The notes beneath the pieces are model-generated. The model made no database searches, had not been told where the DNA came from, and saw only the letters and a program-made list of their open reading frames with translations. The position numbers were made by a program, and so were the translations under genes. A stretch of DNA of 64,000 bases, taken from contig NW_013657675.1 in the NCBI RefSeq assembly GCF_000142905.1, positions 186,001 through 250,000 of the forward strand, given 5' to 3'. This DNA comes from Thecamonas trahens ATCC 50062 (taxonomy: Eukaryota; Protista; Apusomonadida). Below, piece by piece: positions 43,101 to 55,595 of the stretch; the stretch's first letter is position 1; the number at the start of each line of letters is the position of its first letter.

Positions 43101-46100
43101 GCCGCGGATGGTTGTGGCCGTGCCAGGGCTCGTCACTACCTGCAGCGCAAACGAGTACCCAGCGTTAGTCTCAAACATCATAACACCTTCGGCCTCGACA
43201 ATCGTGCTCATCCGCACCCCGCTCCACCAGCCAGGACGGTTGTCCCGTCCGCCCAGCGGCTCCACCTCGACCTCGGCGACGGCCATTGCCCGTGCATCCA
43301 GCACCAGCGACCGCACCGTGTGACCCGAGCCCATCGATGCCACAGACACGTTGCCTGCAACAAGACGGACAACGTCGGCCTCGGACATCAGCAGCGGACC
43401 CGGGAGGCAGTTCATGAGCTGCGCCGATGTGAGCGCCCCTGGAAGCGCGTCCACAAGACGCAGCATCCAGCTCGATGCGGCACGCGCGCCCGCTCCGCTC
43501 CGCGGGCGCAGGCATCCGTGCCAAAACTCGAGCGCGGGCTCGGCACTCATGTGGCTCATCGGGAATGATGCCATCCGCGTCTGGCTCCCAACCGCCACAA
43601 ACGTCGTCGTCTCGGCTGCCGTCACGTCGCCGGAAATTGCCACGCTTGCATTCGTTACCACAACCACCGGCCCACTGTACTGCAGCGCACTACCATCCGA
43701 CGCCGCACCAGGGAACCGGACCGAGGTCCGCGCGTCGGCGCCGTGTACAAACAGCTCGGCCCCGTTCGGCGCCCCGGTCACCGTCACTTCAAGCCCTGAC
43801 GCATGTGTGAGCGGAATGTCGTCCACAGGCGTTGCGCCGACTGCGTTCAGCACCAGCCCGCTCGGTTGGTAGAGTGTCGCTGTAAAGAGACCAAAGCTGA
43901 TGCTGCCCGCTTCGGTGTTGTCAGCAAAGCGCTGGATTTTGGCCTCGGGTGGGAGCGCCGTCGCAAAGTGCATGTCACCCGCTGGAATGGTGACGGTCAC
44001 TACTCCATCCGACCGCTCCGGATAGCCGTGGACAACGCCGGTAAACGCGGCTGCTGTGTAGCTCGGCAGCGCAAACTCGACCGCATAGTTGGACGCTGTC
44101 TGCATCTGCAGCGTAACCTCGCCATTCTGCCCGCCGCCCACAACCCGCACGCACTGCTCAGGAGTGCCCTCGTACCAAAGCCGCACGCCATCCAGTCCAG
44201 TCATGTTGAGCACACTCTTGTATGCGCACCCAGCCTCTGAAATCGGGAGCAGCGGCGTCTCCGAGCCAGGCGCAGGGAGTGCCGGAGGGCCCACAGGACT
44301 TGACACGTCCAGCGGCGCGTCAAGCGAGCCGCGGCACTGGACTGGCCGGCCTGACACATGCGCTGTGTCAACAGCTGTCAGCCGCAACACCGCCAGCGAC
44401 GACGCAGCAAGCGGATTGGTCGACATCGGGGCAAAGGACCCGGGTTCGACCATCGATGGCGGTGCGAGTGAGCCGTCCACGTCGTAACACACCAGCAGTG
44501 TGTCGCCCTCGCCGTCCTCGCCGAGATCAACAGCCGAAGCGCCAGCCGCGTTCATCACGCACACCGAGTCGGCGCCCGCGCCGAGAGCCGCTGTGAGCGT
44601 GGCGCTCGGTGACGCGGCATCGCTCCACGAGACCCGGTCGTTGCCACCGCCGGTGTCGAGCGTGAGGCTGATGGTTTGCAGGCTGCGGCCGACCACCACA
44701 TCGTGTGCGTCGCCAGTAGACACCTCAAACGCAACTTGCGCTGTCGGCGCCACATTCACAGCGCATCGCGCTGTGCTGCAGTCGTCAAACGACGGCGCAC
44801 CGGGAAGCGCGCTCCGCGCAGCCTCGCACACCCACGCACTGGGCACAGAAGTCTGGATGAGTGGTTCGGGGTCGGCTGCGTACGCGTCGGCGAGCCCAAA
44901 GCTCGAGAAGCATCCGTTGTCCAGCAACAGCCGCTGCGCCGGTGCGTTCACGCCTGCCGCCGCCGTCACTCGCATCGGGAGTAGCGGCTCGGTGTTGGCC
45001 GGCGCCACCAGAATCGGAGCGGTAATGCCGCTCAGCGGCGCAGACGTCTGCAGCAGCGGTGACGTCGATCCGCTAACATCGACTCCGATCCGCAGATCAA
45101 ACGTGCCCGTCACAAGAACAGGATCCGAGTTGGCCACAATCTGCACAAAGTTGACCGGCGGGCCGACAGCAGGCCGAGGCACCGGCGGTAGCCTGATCAC
45201 CACTGACGTGCCAAGTGTACCGGCTGCAAATTCGACGTGGTACGCCGTCGATGCACCAGCAGTGCTAAAGTCCAGCTCCAGCCGCTCGATGGCCTCAAAG
45301 AACACGTTGACCGGCTGGAACGCCCGCAACGGGTCGTACAGCACAATGCCGCCCCGGTTGATGACCACATGGGTCCGTGGGCCTGCTGCCGTCAGATCGT
45401 CAAGCACCAGCGTGTCACGCTGGTCGGCCGCTAGCGACCCATACACGTACACCGTGCAGCCAAAGCTGGACACATCTCGGAGCACCGTCGTCATGTTGCC
45501 GCCGCCCTGCATCCGTACCACGTGCTGCGACGAGCCAGAGCATCCGGTCACCGTCGTCGACATCTCGGTCGACGCATCGCCGGCGAGCGTGACCTCGACT
45601 CGTGCCCCGTCGGCAGGCGACATCACCGTTGACTCGAACACTGCCCCGCCCGACGCGGTCACGTCGAGCGCCAACGTGTGCACGTTGACATGCGAGACCG
45701 AGTGGTTGCCGCCGCCGTCGGTGAGGACCAGCGAGCTTGTCGACGACGCGAGTTTGGTCACCTCGCCGGCCGCTGCCGCCACGCCCACATGCAACGTGTT
45801 GGTCACCGCCGGCGCGCCGCGGAACGCCACGTGTCCATGCACAGCCTCGAACGCAGGCAGAACAAGCCGTGTGTCGACAGGCGCGCCATTAAAGGTGGTG
45901 AACCGCGCCGGAGGAGAGTCGCTGAGCGTAAACGTGCTCTCCTGTGACGTGTCGACGCCGGAAATGGTGAGGTTGAACAAGCTGGCGGGGTAGCTGAGGG
46001 CGAGGGCGCCAAGCCCACTCACCGACTGCTCACTCACAGCCAGCGTATGTGCGCCGGTCAGTGCAATCGAGAGCTCCATCGGCGAGCCGGTCATCACCAG

Positions 46101-49100
46101 CGGATGGCCAAAGCTGGCCAGCGAGCCCGAAAGCCGCACTCGCCCGCCAGCGCCGGCCTCGAGCGTCGTCGCACACGGCAGCCCGCTCACGTCGTAGATG
46201 AGTGCCGCCAGCGGCTGGTCAATGACCACGGCGCCGCAGGTGCCAAAGGTAGCGCCCGACGCCGCGCCGGCCGCAAGCCGGTTCGCTGACAGCACCACCG
46301 TTCGCGCAGTCGACAGTGTCGCCACGTTGCCGCTCGTGGACGACGTCGTCGCCAGAAGACTTGCGTACGGCGCCAGTGGCAGTCGCACCGTCATTCCGCT
46401 CGCCGACGGCAGCGAGACCAGCTTGTTGGTAAAGCCAAGGTCAAAGACAAAGGCCGAGCCCGATGGAGGACCGTACGTCCCAATCGTCTCTACCGAGTTG
46501 ATCGGCACCGCCCGCGTCAGCAGCGAGGCGCCGGCAAGATGGTTCGCCGGCTTGAACGAGGTGACCAGCTGGATGCCGGAATCGCTCAGAGCCTCATAAA
46601 CTGCAAACTTGGGCAGGGCTTCAAGCGACATGTCGCTAGCCAGGTCCGGAGCCAAATCGTTGGCACCAGAGAGAAGGCCCATGTTGAGGGCGCCTGTCGG
46701 CGAGGCCGCCGGTGGGAGTGGGAGCGGGGCTGCCGTAACCAGCGGCCACGACCAGGTGTGCGACCACTTGGCCACGGTCTTGTAGCCAAAGAGCGCAAAG
46801 ACCTTGATTTTGGCCGTCACAAACAGCTCCAGCGAGAGCTCCTTCTCGAGCGCGTCCCACACTCCGTACGCCTTGACCATCCACGCCAGCTCGTCGACAG
46901 TGAGCCACGGCTGACCGTTGATCGACACAAACCGGAGCTTGCCCACCAGCTGGATGCCTACCGCCGCCGAACCCTTGACCACCAGCAGGTTGACCGTTGC
47001 ACCGCCGGCAATGCCGACCGACGCCTGCAGCTGCCATCGCTTCGATCCGTTGTCGTTGATGGTTTTGATGGCCACGCCGCGAGCGATGAGCCCGACGTTC
47101 TTCTGCGCTACCGCGTCGACAACTGCCGACGACATGACGGCCAAGTCGCCGACGTACACCGTCACCGACATAGGAATCGCAATGTCCACAGTCACAATTG
47201 GCACCGGCCACACCACCCACGACCAGGTCGGCGCCAGCGCAAACCGTGCAGGTGCCACATAGTATCCCACAATTGGCGTGTCGAGACCAAAGAAGATCTT
47301 GATCACGTTGTTGGCAATCGAGCCGTGGAGGAGATACAGCCGAAACCCTGATGGCGAGTCGTCGGCTGGCTGGTTCGCCGAGCCGCCCATGAGTTCCAGC
47401 AGCTCGTTGAACTCCTGGTTGACAAACGGATCGGTGACCGCCGAAATGACCTCCGGATCCGGAAGCGGTGACTTGGCAATGGTCACCAGATCACCTGGAT
47501 GCAGCGCATTGCTGTCGGCCGCCAGCATGAGGTCTGCGCCGTGGCGGAAGGACGGCAGGTGGGCAAACGGCGGTGCGTCGCCGGCAAACGGTGTCGTCGC
47601 CGCCTCGAGCATGACCTCGAGATCCTGAAGCGACATGTGCAGGTCGCACGGCCCGCCGGTGTTGGCTGAAGCCAGTGACTTGAGGCGGACCGCAATGTCG
47701 ACAATGTTGATGAACTTCTCAACAGCCTCGAGCACCCCGTCGGCAGAGCAGTCGTAGATGCCGCAGAGCTCAACGGCCATCTCAAGCGCAGAGAGCCGGC
47801 GGCCGAAAATGATGTCGGTGTACTTGATCTCGCGAACGAGGTACCCGTCGGGACCGATAAACGGCTCGAGCGGGGTCAGCACGTCGTCGGCCTGCCGAAG
47901 CACGCCGCCGACAAGATCGGTGAGGAAAGAGCCCATGCAGAGCTTCCCGTTGCTCAGCTCAAACGTCGGTGGTGCAGCAACGAACGAGCTGCCATCGCCG
48001 ACGCTTGCGGTCAGCGACCAACCGAGCGCGAGGTCCCATTCGACATGAGGCGCGAGCTTGAGCAGCGCACCCGAGCCGGGACTCTCCAGCTCGGCGTTCT
48101 CGATGAGCCTGTTGAGCAAGCCACCTAGGCCGAGTGTCGCCGGGCCGCCGAGCGTCGCACCAAGCGAGAGCGTCGCGCTGCGGAAAGCCGGCGCCACGCT
48201 CAGCTCGAGCGAGAGGCCCGACGAGCCGGGTTGTGGTGACATCTCGAAGCCGGCCACCGCCAGTTGGCCGGCAAGCGAACAGCCCGGATTGAAGACCACT
48301 GCCGCGGAGAACGAGGCCACCTCGGGCGCAGTCTCAAAGTCAAGCCGCAGGCCTCGGTCACGTGAGTACGCGAGGCCAAAGGCCAGCTGCCAGTCGAGCG
48401 CAAGATCCAGATTGCAGTCGATCTCGAGCTCGGCCAGCCCGCGGGCGCCAAGCCGGAACTTCAGCTCGTCAAAGGCAATGAGCTCGGCGTCACCAAGCAC
48501 AAACGGAAGATGCAGGTTGTCGGTGAGCTCGCCGGGTGGCAGACTCGGACACGAAACCAGAAGGTCCTCGAGAACGTCGCAGAACGCGGCGAGAACCTGC
48601 TCCCACACGAAGCGCGGGATGGCAAACGGCGGGAGGAGCCGGGCGCGGTCGTGGCGCAGATCGGTGACCACGTCGTTGATCGTGGCCACCAGCTTGCGCA
48701 GCGTGACCGGCGCCATCAGTCGCTCGCGGAGTCGTGCCACGGCGGCGTCTGCAAAGCCCGGGCCGAGGAAGCCGACGTCGAGATTGGCCTTGCCGAGGAA
48801 GATCTCGACGCGGGTGAGGAACTCACCGACGCCGTCAATCCATGCGTTGAGCAGCGCCATGACGTCCTTGGTAAAGAAGGCCTGGATGCTGAGCTCCCCA
48901 AGCGCGTCGACAATGGCGTCAACAACGCCCGAGCCGCAGTTGATACCGGCCTCGACAACCGACGCCGATGCGCGCCTGTCGAGGAAGGCCGCCAGATCCG
49001 GAACCGCCACCGCCAGAGAGCACACCACGTTCTCGTTGATGGAGAGGAGTGCGTTGAGACTGGCCGAGCCGGTAAGGCTGAGGTCAAACCTGGGGAGGAA

Positions 49101-52100
49101 GCCCGAGGCGGCGTCCGGCGGCGCAGCGACGGCGGCCAGCGCCGCGTCAGTCACGTCAATGTGGACTTCGCCGAGCCGGAGCGCCAGCGCGCCAAAGCTG
49201 AGCGTCAGCTCGCCGTCAAAGTCGACGCCGGCGGCTGTGCGGATGTACGAGCTTCCTGGCTCAACAGACACCGCCGCAGTTGCCAGATTGAGCGAAACAA
49301 CGAGCTGGTACTCGACGGTGGCGGTGGCAACAAGATCCGCAGACGCGCCTACTCCAACCGGGAGGCTTGACGACGCGCCGAGCAGTTGATCCAGATCGAG
49401 CCGCGCAGAGGTGGTTACATTGGCGGCAAAAGGTCGCCGCATAAGCGTCAGCGAAATAGTGGCGGTGTCAGTAAAGGCGCCGTGGGCACAGACGGTAAAC
49501 GCGGCGCCGTTCTGCGACGGCAGCTCGGCCAGGATCATGTCGGCGAGTGAGCAGAGAACTGTGAGCGTTAGCGGCTCTTCGAGGCTTCGAGTGCAGACTG
49601 CCAGCCGCAGGGCATCCAGCTTCGCCACCACCGAGTCAGCGCCGAGCTTGGCGAGCTTAAAGTCTGTGCCGGGTAGCCGAGCATTGGCAATGGGCGAGTC
49701 AAAGACTACGGCCGAGGCGTAGACGAGTGTGTCCATGACATCGCAGGCGGATAGCGATCCGGTCGTCAGAGCGTTGTATGCAGCGAGGGCGTCAAAGCCA
49801 CCGGTCCAGCTTGCCGTCCAATCGTAGCTGAGCGCCGCAAGTTCTGGATCAGACAGAATGAGGCCGGCGTCAACGCTCATGCGCAGGTGCAAATTCGGCA
49901 GGTCCGGGAATGAAAGGGTGAGGACCTGAAGGGCGACGTGTGTGACGTCGAGTCCGGCATCGACGTCGAGGGTCAGCGCAAAGGTGCCAAAAAGCTTTGA
50001 GGTGTCCATGACGGCATCGACGAGCGAGGCGACCGGCGTGAACGCCGGTGTGCCAGGCGCCGGGCCGGCGCCGAGATGCAGATTGACAAAGGCTGATGTC
50101 GAGCCGGTGGTGAACGACGTGATGCCCACACGCCCGGTGAGGTCGAGGAGCTCGGCGGTGAGGTTGGCGGTGAGGCCGAGCGCGAGCGATTGTGCCACCA
50201 TGCGGACTTGCGACGCCGGCACGCCTGTGCCCTCGGCGAGCGCCGGGATGGTCGACGCAGTGACCTTGAACGAGATTGGGACGTAGAGGAGCGAGTTGGC
50301 ACTGTCCTCCACCGGCGACGCCGTGAGCTTGACCTGGAACGCCGAGTCGGCGGCGACGACACCAGTGGTCGACGACAGCGCCGACGACGCGTTGTACAGC
50401 CGCGCAGAGAGCGAGGTATACGGCACCGCCGAGATCATTTCTGGCGCCGGGAGCGCGGCCGAGGCCGCGGCAGCGACTGCTGCGTAGATGGTGGCGTTAA
50501 AGTACTCGCCCGGCGGAAGAGTGATGGCCAGCAGCGCCTCCTGGTAGACTGGCGGCGCCGCGCCGCCGGGTCCGCCCTTGGCGTGGACGTTGTAGCCCAA
50601 AGTGAGGGTGGCAGTGTTGTTCGGCGCAACGACGAGCGCCTCGTTGAGCGGGCGCGGCTCGGCTTCAGAGCCAAAGTTGGTGATGAGGAGCGCAGCGCCC
50701 GAGCCGGATGGCGGCGCGCCGAGGACAGCGCCAAATCCGCCAGAGATCGCAACCTTGGCTCCGCCGGCGAGCTTGCCGGGGAGCGGCGACGAGAGTGAGA
50801 TGGCGTTGCCGAGCGTCGCAAACGAGGTCTGCATGGCAATTGGCGGATCAATCTCGTACTCAAACACAGCGTCGAGCGAGAACATGTACGCATCTAGCGT
50901 GGGCGGGTAGTACGCGGTCCAAGCTGGTGGGATGATCGAAGCGAGATCGGCGACCGGAACCGAGACCAGTCGCGGCACAAGGAGCGAGCGCGCCGACGGC
51001 GGAGAAGGACCGACGCCGCAAGGACCGAGAGGTCGATGAACGACGAGAACTGCGGGACAATGGCGGTCGAGCCAACAGTGACCTCAAACGGAGTGGCGAG
51101 CGGGAACGGCCCATCGGCGAGGCCCAGGGGATTGGCGACCACCGCAATGCGCAGCGACCGCACCAGGCCCGGCAGCCGGGCGCGAATAGTGAGTGCTGAC
51201 GGTGCGGAGATGGTGGTCGACAGCGGGTCGGCGTCATCGTCGTCGGTGTCGAGGCCAAAGACGAGGACGCGGGCAAAGGCGCCGCACTCGGGTCCGGTGA
51301 GCGCAGCGTTAAGGAGGTGCGGCCAGTCAGCCGGTGCCGTCAGCTGCCCGGCAATGGTACAGACAGTGGCGAGTGCCGGGATGTTGTTGAGCGAGATCTC
51401 GAGGGTCTGGTTGAAGACGGACGGCGGAGTGGCGAGCGCGGGCGAGGGGAGCGCGGCCAGAATTGTGGCGGTGTCTGTGGCGTCGCCTGGGCGGGCCATT
51501 CGCGCCAGGGCCAACTGCTCCATTCGCGACGGAGTGGAGAGCGCACCTACCGAGGTCCCGAGCGGCGCAAGCTCGAGGTCGAGCGTACCGCCGTCGGCAA
51601 AGAGCGAGGAGCCGAGGCGAAAGACGGTTGAAATGAGCGCGTTGAGCGCGCGCGACGGCACAAGGTCGAGTGGGACAGCAGCTGCGCCGGCGGCTGGTGA
51701 GGTCAACGAAGTGACTGAGAAGACCAGTGGCGATGGCAGGATCTCCGGATTGTGGAAGAGGTTCGGCGTGCTGAGATGCAGGGCATAGGTCTGCGGCGCC
51801 AGCGCGCCGCCAAGGAACGACTGGGTGGAGCAAGTGAGATCAAGGGTGAGCGCAGCCGCGAGCGGGTTCGGTGCTCCGAGCGAATGTGTGACCGAGAGGT
51901 GGAAGCTGCCGTCGAGGGTGAGTGCCGGCTGCATGCCGATGGTGACCGGGACCACAAAGCGCGAGACGTTGAGCGCTGCGGCAAAGTCCAGGTCGGTGAT
52001 GGTGGCGCCGGTACTGGGAGCCAAGGTGGCCGCTAGGCGCAGGTTTGCTGTGATGGGCATCGGGCCGAGCGAGGCCGAGCCAAAGACCGGGAACCACGGT

Positions 52101-54655
52101 GCCATGTTAGAGCGCAGGTGAGGCTGCAGTCGCGACGAGGCCACAAGGAGGAGCTCCAGAGTCGGCTCGGGTGTGAGCGAGAGGCCAAACGATGTCGTGA
52201 GCGTCGAGCTATCCGAGTTGATGGTGAGTGCGGCGGTGCGTGTGAGGAGCGCGGCAAGATCGAGCGAGGAGGTCGGTGCGTCGGGAAGGATGTTGGCAAG
52301 CACCTCTGTGAGGAGAGTGGCGATGTCCAGGGTGTCCGAGAGCGAGGCCGGTGAGTACGGCAGCGGATCAAGGCCGTGGAAAATCCAGGGTGAAGCTGAG
52401 GCCAGCGAAGCTGCGGCGGACGAGAGAAGCGGGCCAAAGGTCGACCGCGGCGAGGTCACCAGCGTGTCGAGGTGGGCGAGCAATGGCGAGGCGAGCGAAA
52501 GCGCGCCGCGCGGAGCGCCGAGCGCCGCCGCTGCCGAGCTTGCAAAGTTCGCCAGGGGGAGCGAGACCGTCGGCACCAGCGGCGCCGCCGACGCAGTCAG
52601 CGATGGTGGCGCGGCGAGGCCGACGTGCAGCGTGAGGGCCGGGAATAGGGTGTTCGCGTCGCCGGTGTCGAGGCTGGCCAGCTCGAGGGTGAGAGCGAGT
52701 GAGCCATCGATAGCGACAGGACCCACGTTGAGCGCCGGCTCGAGCGAAACGATGGTCGAGAGCGAGATAGCGCCCGTGGCTGAGGCCGAGGCCATGTAGC
52801 CCGCAAGCGAGGCGTCGAGGGTAGGGATACTGAGGCCCGAGGTCGAGCCTGGGACCATGTTCTCGAGGGCGGCAGCAAGCGAGGAGATGGCACTGTTGAG
52901 GGCCGAGGCTGCGGCGTCGAGGGCGGCGTCGAGGACGGCTGTCAGCTTTGGCAGCGTGGTGATGGCGGCATCGTCGAGTGTGAGGAGCGCTGAGAGAGCA
53001 AATGTAGTGCCAGAGGGGTCAAACGAGACATTGAGGGCCATCGCGTAGGGCGGCGGGACAAGGAGCGGGACCTTCGCGGCGGCGTACCATGAGATAAAGT
53101 CAAGGAGCGATCGCTCAGCCGGCAGGCTACGAGCCTCGTAACTAGCCAGGAGAGCGTCGAGTGCCGGGCCGGAGGCGGGAAAGAGTGCGTCGATGGCGGC
53201 GTCAAAGAGACGCGGCGGGGTGCGGGGCGAGGACGAGGCCGCGGCGCTGAGCGAAGCAAAGAGCGAGGTGACTGAGGCTGTAAGAGAGGGTGTGGTCGTC
53301 GTCGGGGCAGGAAGGAAGCAAGCGCGAGCCGGAGTAAAGACATTGACGACCGGCAGGGCGTGAGGCTGGCCACCGGTGGAAGGCCAGATGATGCCGGTGA
53401 GAAATCCGCGGAGGGTTGGCGGGTGCGCGTTAAGAGTGGCGTAGACGGCGACGATGTCATGGGCGACAATGAGATCGGGGAGGGCAAGCGCGTTCGGAGT
53501 TGTGGTCGCCGAGACGGCGAGGGTGACGACGGTGTCGTTGGTCGGGCAGGAGAGCGAGACCATTGTGTGGGCAGTGCCGGAGAGCGGGACGACCGAGGCG
53601 AGGCCCGTCGAGGCATTGTAGGCGATCCACATCGAGGCAACGGAGGACGACACAACGGCATCGTTGTTGAGAACAGCTGGCGAGCAGTGTGGGAAGAGGG
53701 CCGTGGCGGCGAGGTTGGAGGCGACGAGCCGCTGGAGCGGCGAGTCGCAGGCGAGGCCGGCGCAGGCAGCCTCGGCAAAGACGTAGAGACCGCGCTCACC
53801 ATAGGCGCGCTCGCCGTACCGCAGCTGCGCGTCATGGAAGAGGTCCGAGTCGGCGTCGATGAACAGGCCACGGGCGGTGAGTGACGAGTCGGCGAGGGTG
53901 GCGGCGGCACCGGTCATGCGGACGTTGACGTCGGTGAGCGGGGCGCGGAGCTGGGCTGCGAGGGCGTGAACTGCGTCGAGAACAACAGGGTCTTGGTAAG
54001 TATTGAAGAGGACAAGAGCAGGGAGGCCGTCAAAGGCGGCCGAGTCGTGGACGTAGACACCGGCATCAGGCGAGGAGGCAGAAATCGAGCCGGACCAGGG
54101 CAGGAGCGGCGGGAGCGAGGCGATGCCTGCAGCCGAGTACTCGATGTGCGGGAGGAGGAGCGAGAACGAGCCCACCATGTCGATGTTTGGGTATGCCGGC
54201 GAGGGCGCCGCGGTCGAGGCAAGCACAAAGGCCATATCGATGTGGACAGCAACAGCAAGTGCGTCAGCGGCAGTCGGCGGGACGGTGAGCGAGACCGAGA
54301 CGGTGAGCGAGCCCGAGGCGACGGCAACAGGACCCAGTGCGCCGTCCATGTCGGCGAAGAAGGCCGAGGTAGGATTGAGGGCCAGCGCCGTCGATGTGGC
54401 GGTCAGCGGGAGGGTCGGTAGGGCCGAGCAGGGGGTGGTGCCTGCGGCGGCGGAGATGAAGTCTGCCACCGAGGAGAGGACAGGACCGGAGAGCGAGTCG
54501 GGGGCAAGCGGAGCATCATAGGCAATGCGGTTGAGGAGGGTGCATGCGGTGTCTGCAGGCGGGGAGCTTGAACCATACGCGCCCAAGGTGCACAGTAGTA
54601 GGAGCAGAGTCAGCGTGGCCGTAGCTGCCCGTCCCGTGCCTGGTACCGTGGGCAT
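40153..54655 (-). CDS. Giant (~4,830 aa) signal-peptide surface protein with multi-pass C-terminal membrane domain; apparent one-base frameshifts near 51001 and 40744
   Basis: Signal peptide MPTVPGTGRAATATLTLLLLLCTLGAYG. ORFs 50894-54823, 40389-50978 and 40153-40743 join by +1-base corrections. About 8 hydrophobic helices at about 41160-42155. Confidence 0.75.
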
Positions 54656-54908
54656 GCGGGGCTTGCGGGGGAGAAGGCGTGCACGCGGGGAAGGGGGGGG
54701 TTGGAGTCGAATGGCGAATTTGGAGCGGGGCGGTGAGCGGGGAGGAAGGGGGGGGGGAGGGGGGGGGGGGGGGGAGGATTTAGGTGTGATGGAGCGCGAG
54801 TAGGTGTGCGGTGGCCATGGCAAGATCAGCGGCTAGAAAGTGGGGAGGGTAGGTGAGCGTGAGGCGCAGTGCGCGGCGCGCGATGGGGTGTGCAGGTCCA
54901 TGCTGATG

Positions 54909-55016
54909 CGGTGTACCGACCCTGGTGTGGTCTGCCGTCCTTGGTGTGGTCTGCCGTCCTTGGTGTAGTCTGCCGACCCTGGTGTAGTCTGCCGACCTTG
55001 GTGCGGCGTGCCGATC
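54909..55016. repeat. 19-bp minisatellite (GGTGTRGTCTGCCGWCCYT), four full and two degenerate units
   Basis: Seen directly, upstream of the giant gene. Confidence 0.9.
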
Positions 55017-55209
55017 AGGCAAGAGCCGATCGGATGAGCAGTCAGTCCGTCAGTCACTCAGTCCGTCAGTCAGTCGGGAGGGAAGAGGGAGGGAGCGGGC
55101 AGGCAAGGCCGAGCCGAGTCGAGCCGAGGCAAAGCGCTTGCAACGAGGCCAACAACACGACCAACAGCAGAGGCCAGAACCGAGCCCCTCGCCCATCCAC
55201 CCAGCCCAA

Positions 55210-55448
55210 CTACAAGGCACGGCCCTTGTGGACGTCGTAGGCACGGGTGGTGGGAAAGGCGAGCGGCAGGGCGTCGGCCGAGTATCCGAACCACCAGCGG
55301 AGGAGGTAGTAGGCGAGCTGGCCGCCCACGCCGAGGGCAGCACCCGGATAAAGGGCACCACGAGGTAGACCTGGACAGAGTGGAGGAGCTTCTGCACAGA
55401 GAAGAGCGAGGCAAGCTCCTTGTTGGCCTCGTACGGCTGCTCAGACAT
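55210..55448 (-). CDS. Mim1/Tom13-like small single-TM protein (one-base frameshift near 55345)
   Basis: Corrected product MSEQPYEANKELASLFSVQKLLHSVQVYLVVPFI(R/Q)GAALGVGGQLAYYLLRWWFGYSADALPLAFPTTRAYDVHKGRAL*. The shifted frame has strong C-ending codon bias. Confidence 0.6.
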
Positions 55449-55595
55449 GGCGGCACGGGTGTGTTGAGCGTGAGGTGTGGCCGTGGCGGGGAGCGGCAGG
55501 CTGGCTGACGGCGGTGCGAGTGGCGAGGAGACGGCGCAGCAGGCACACAGGCGAATCGGTACGTATACTTTTTACTCGGCTGCTCGGCTGCTCGA

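Noticed and set aside
54909-55016. CRISPR-like appearance of the 19-bp repeats (also 7409-7469)
   Set aside because: Units are contiguous with no unique spacers, no cas genes are present, and the context is eukaryotic.
55050-55340. C-terminal part of the 132-aa ORF 55050-55448
   Set aside because: Off-frame; the shifted frame ending at 55210 has better codon bias and a TM motif.
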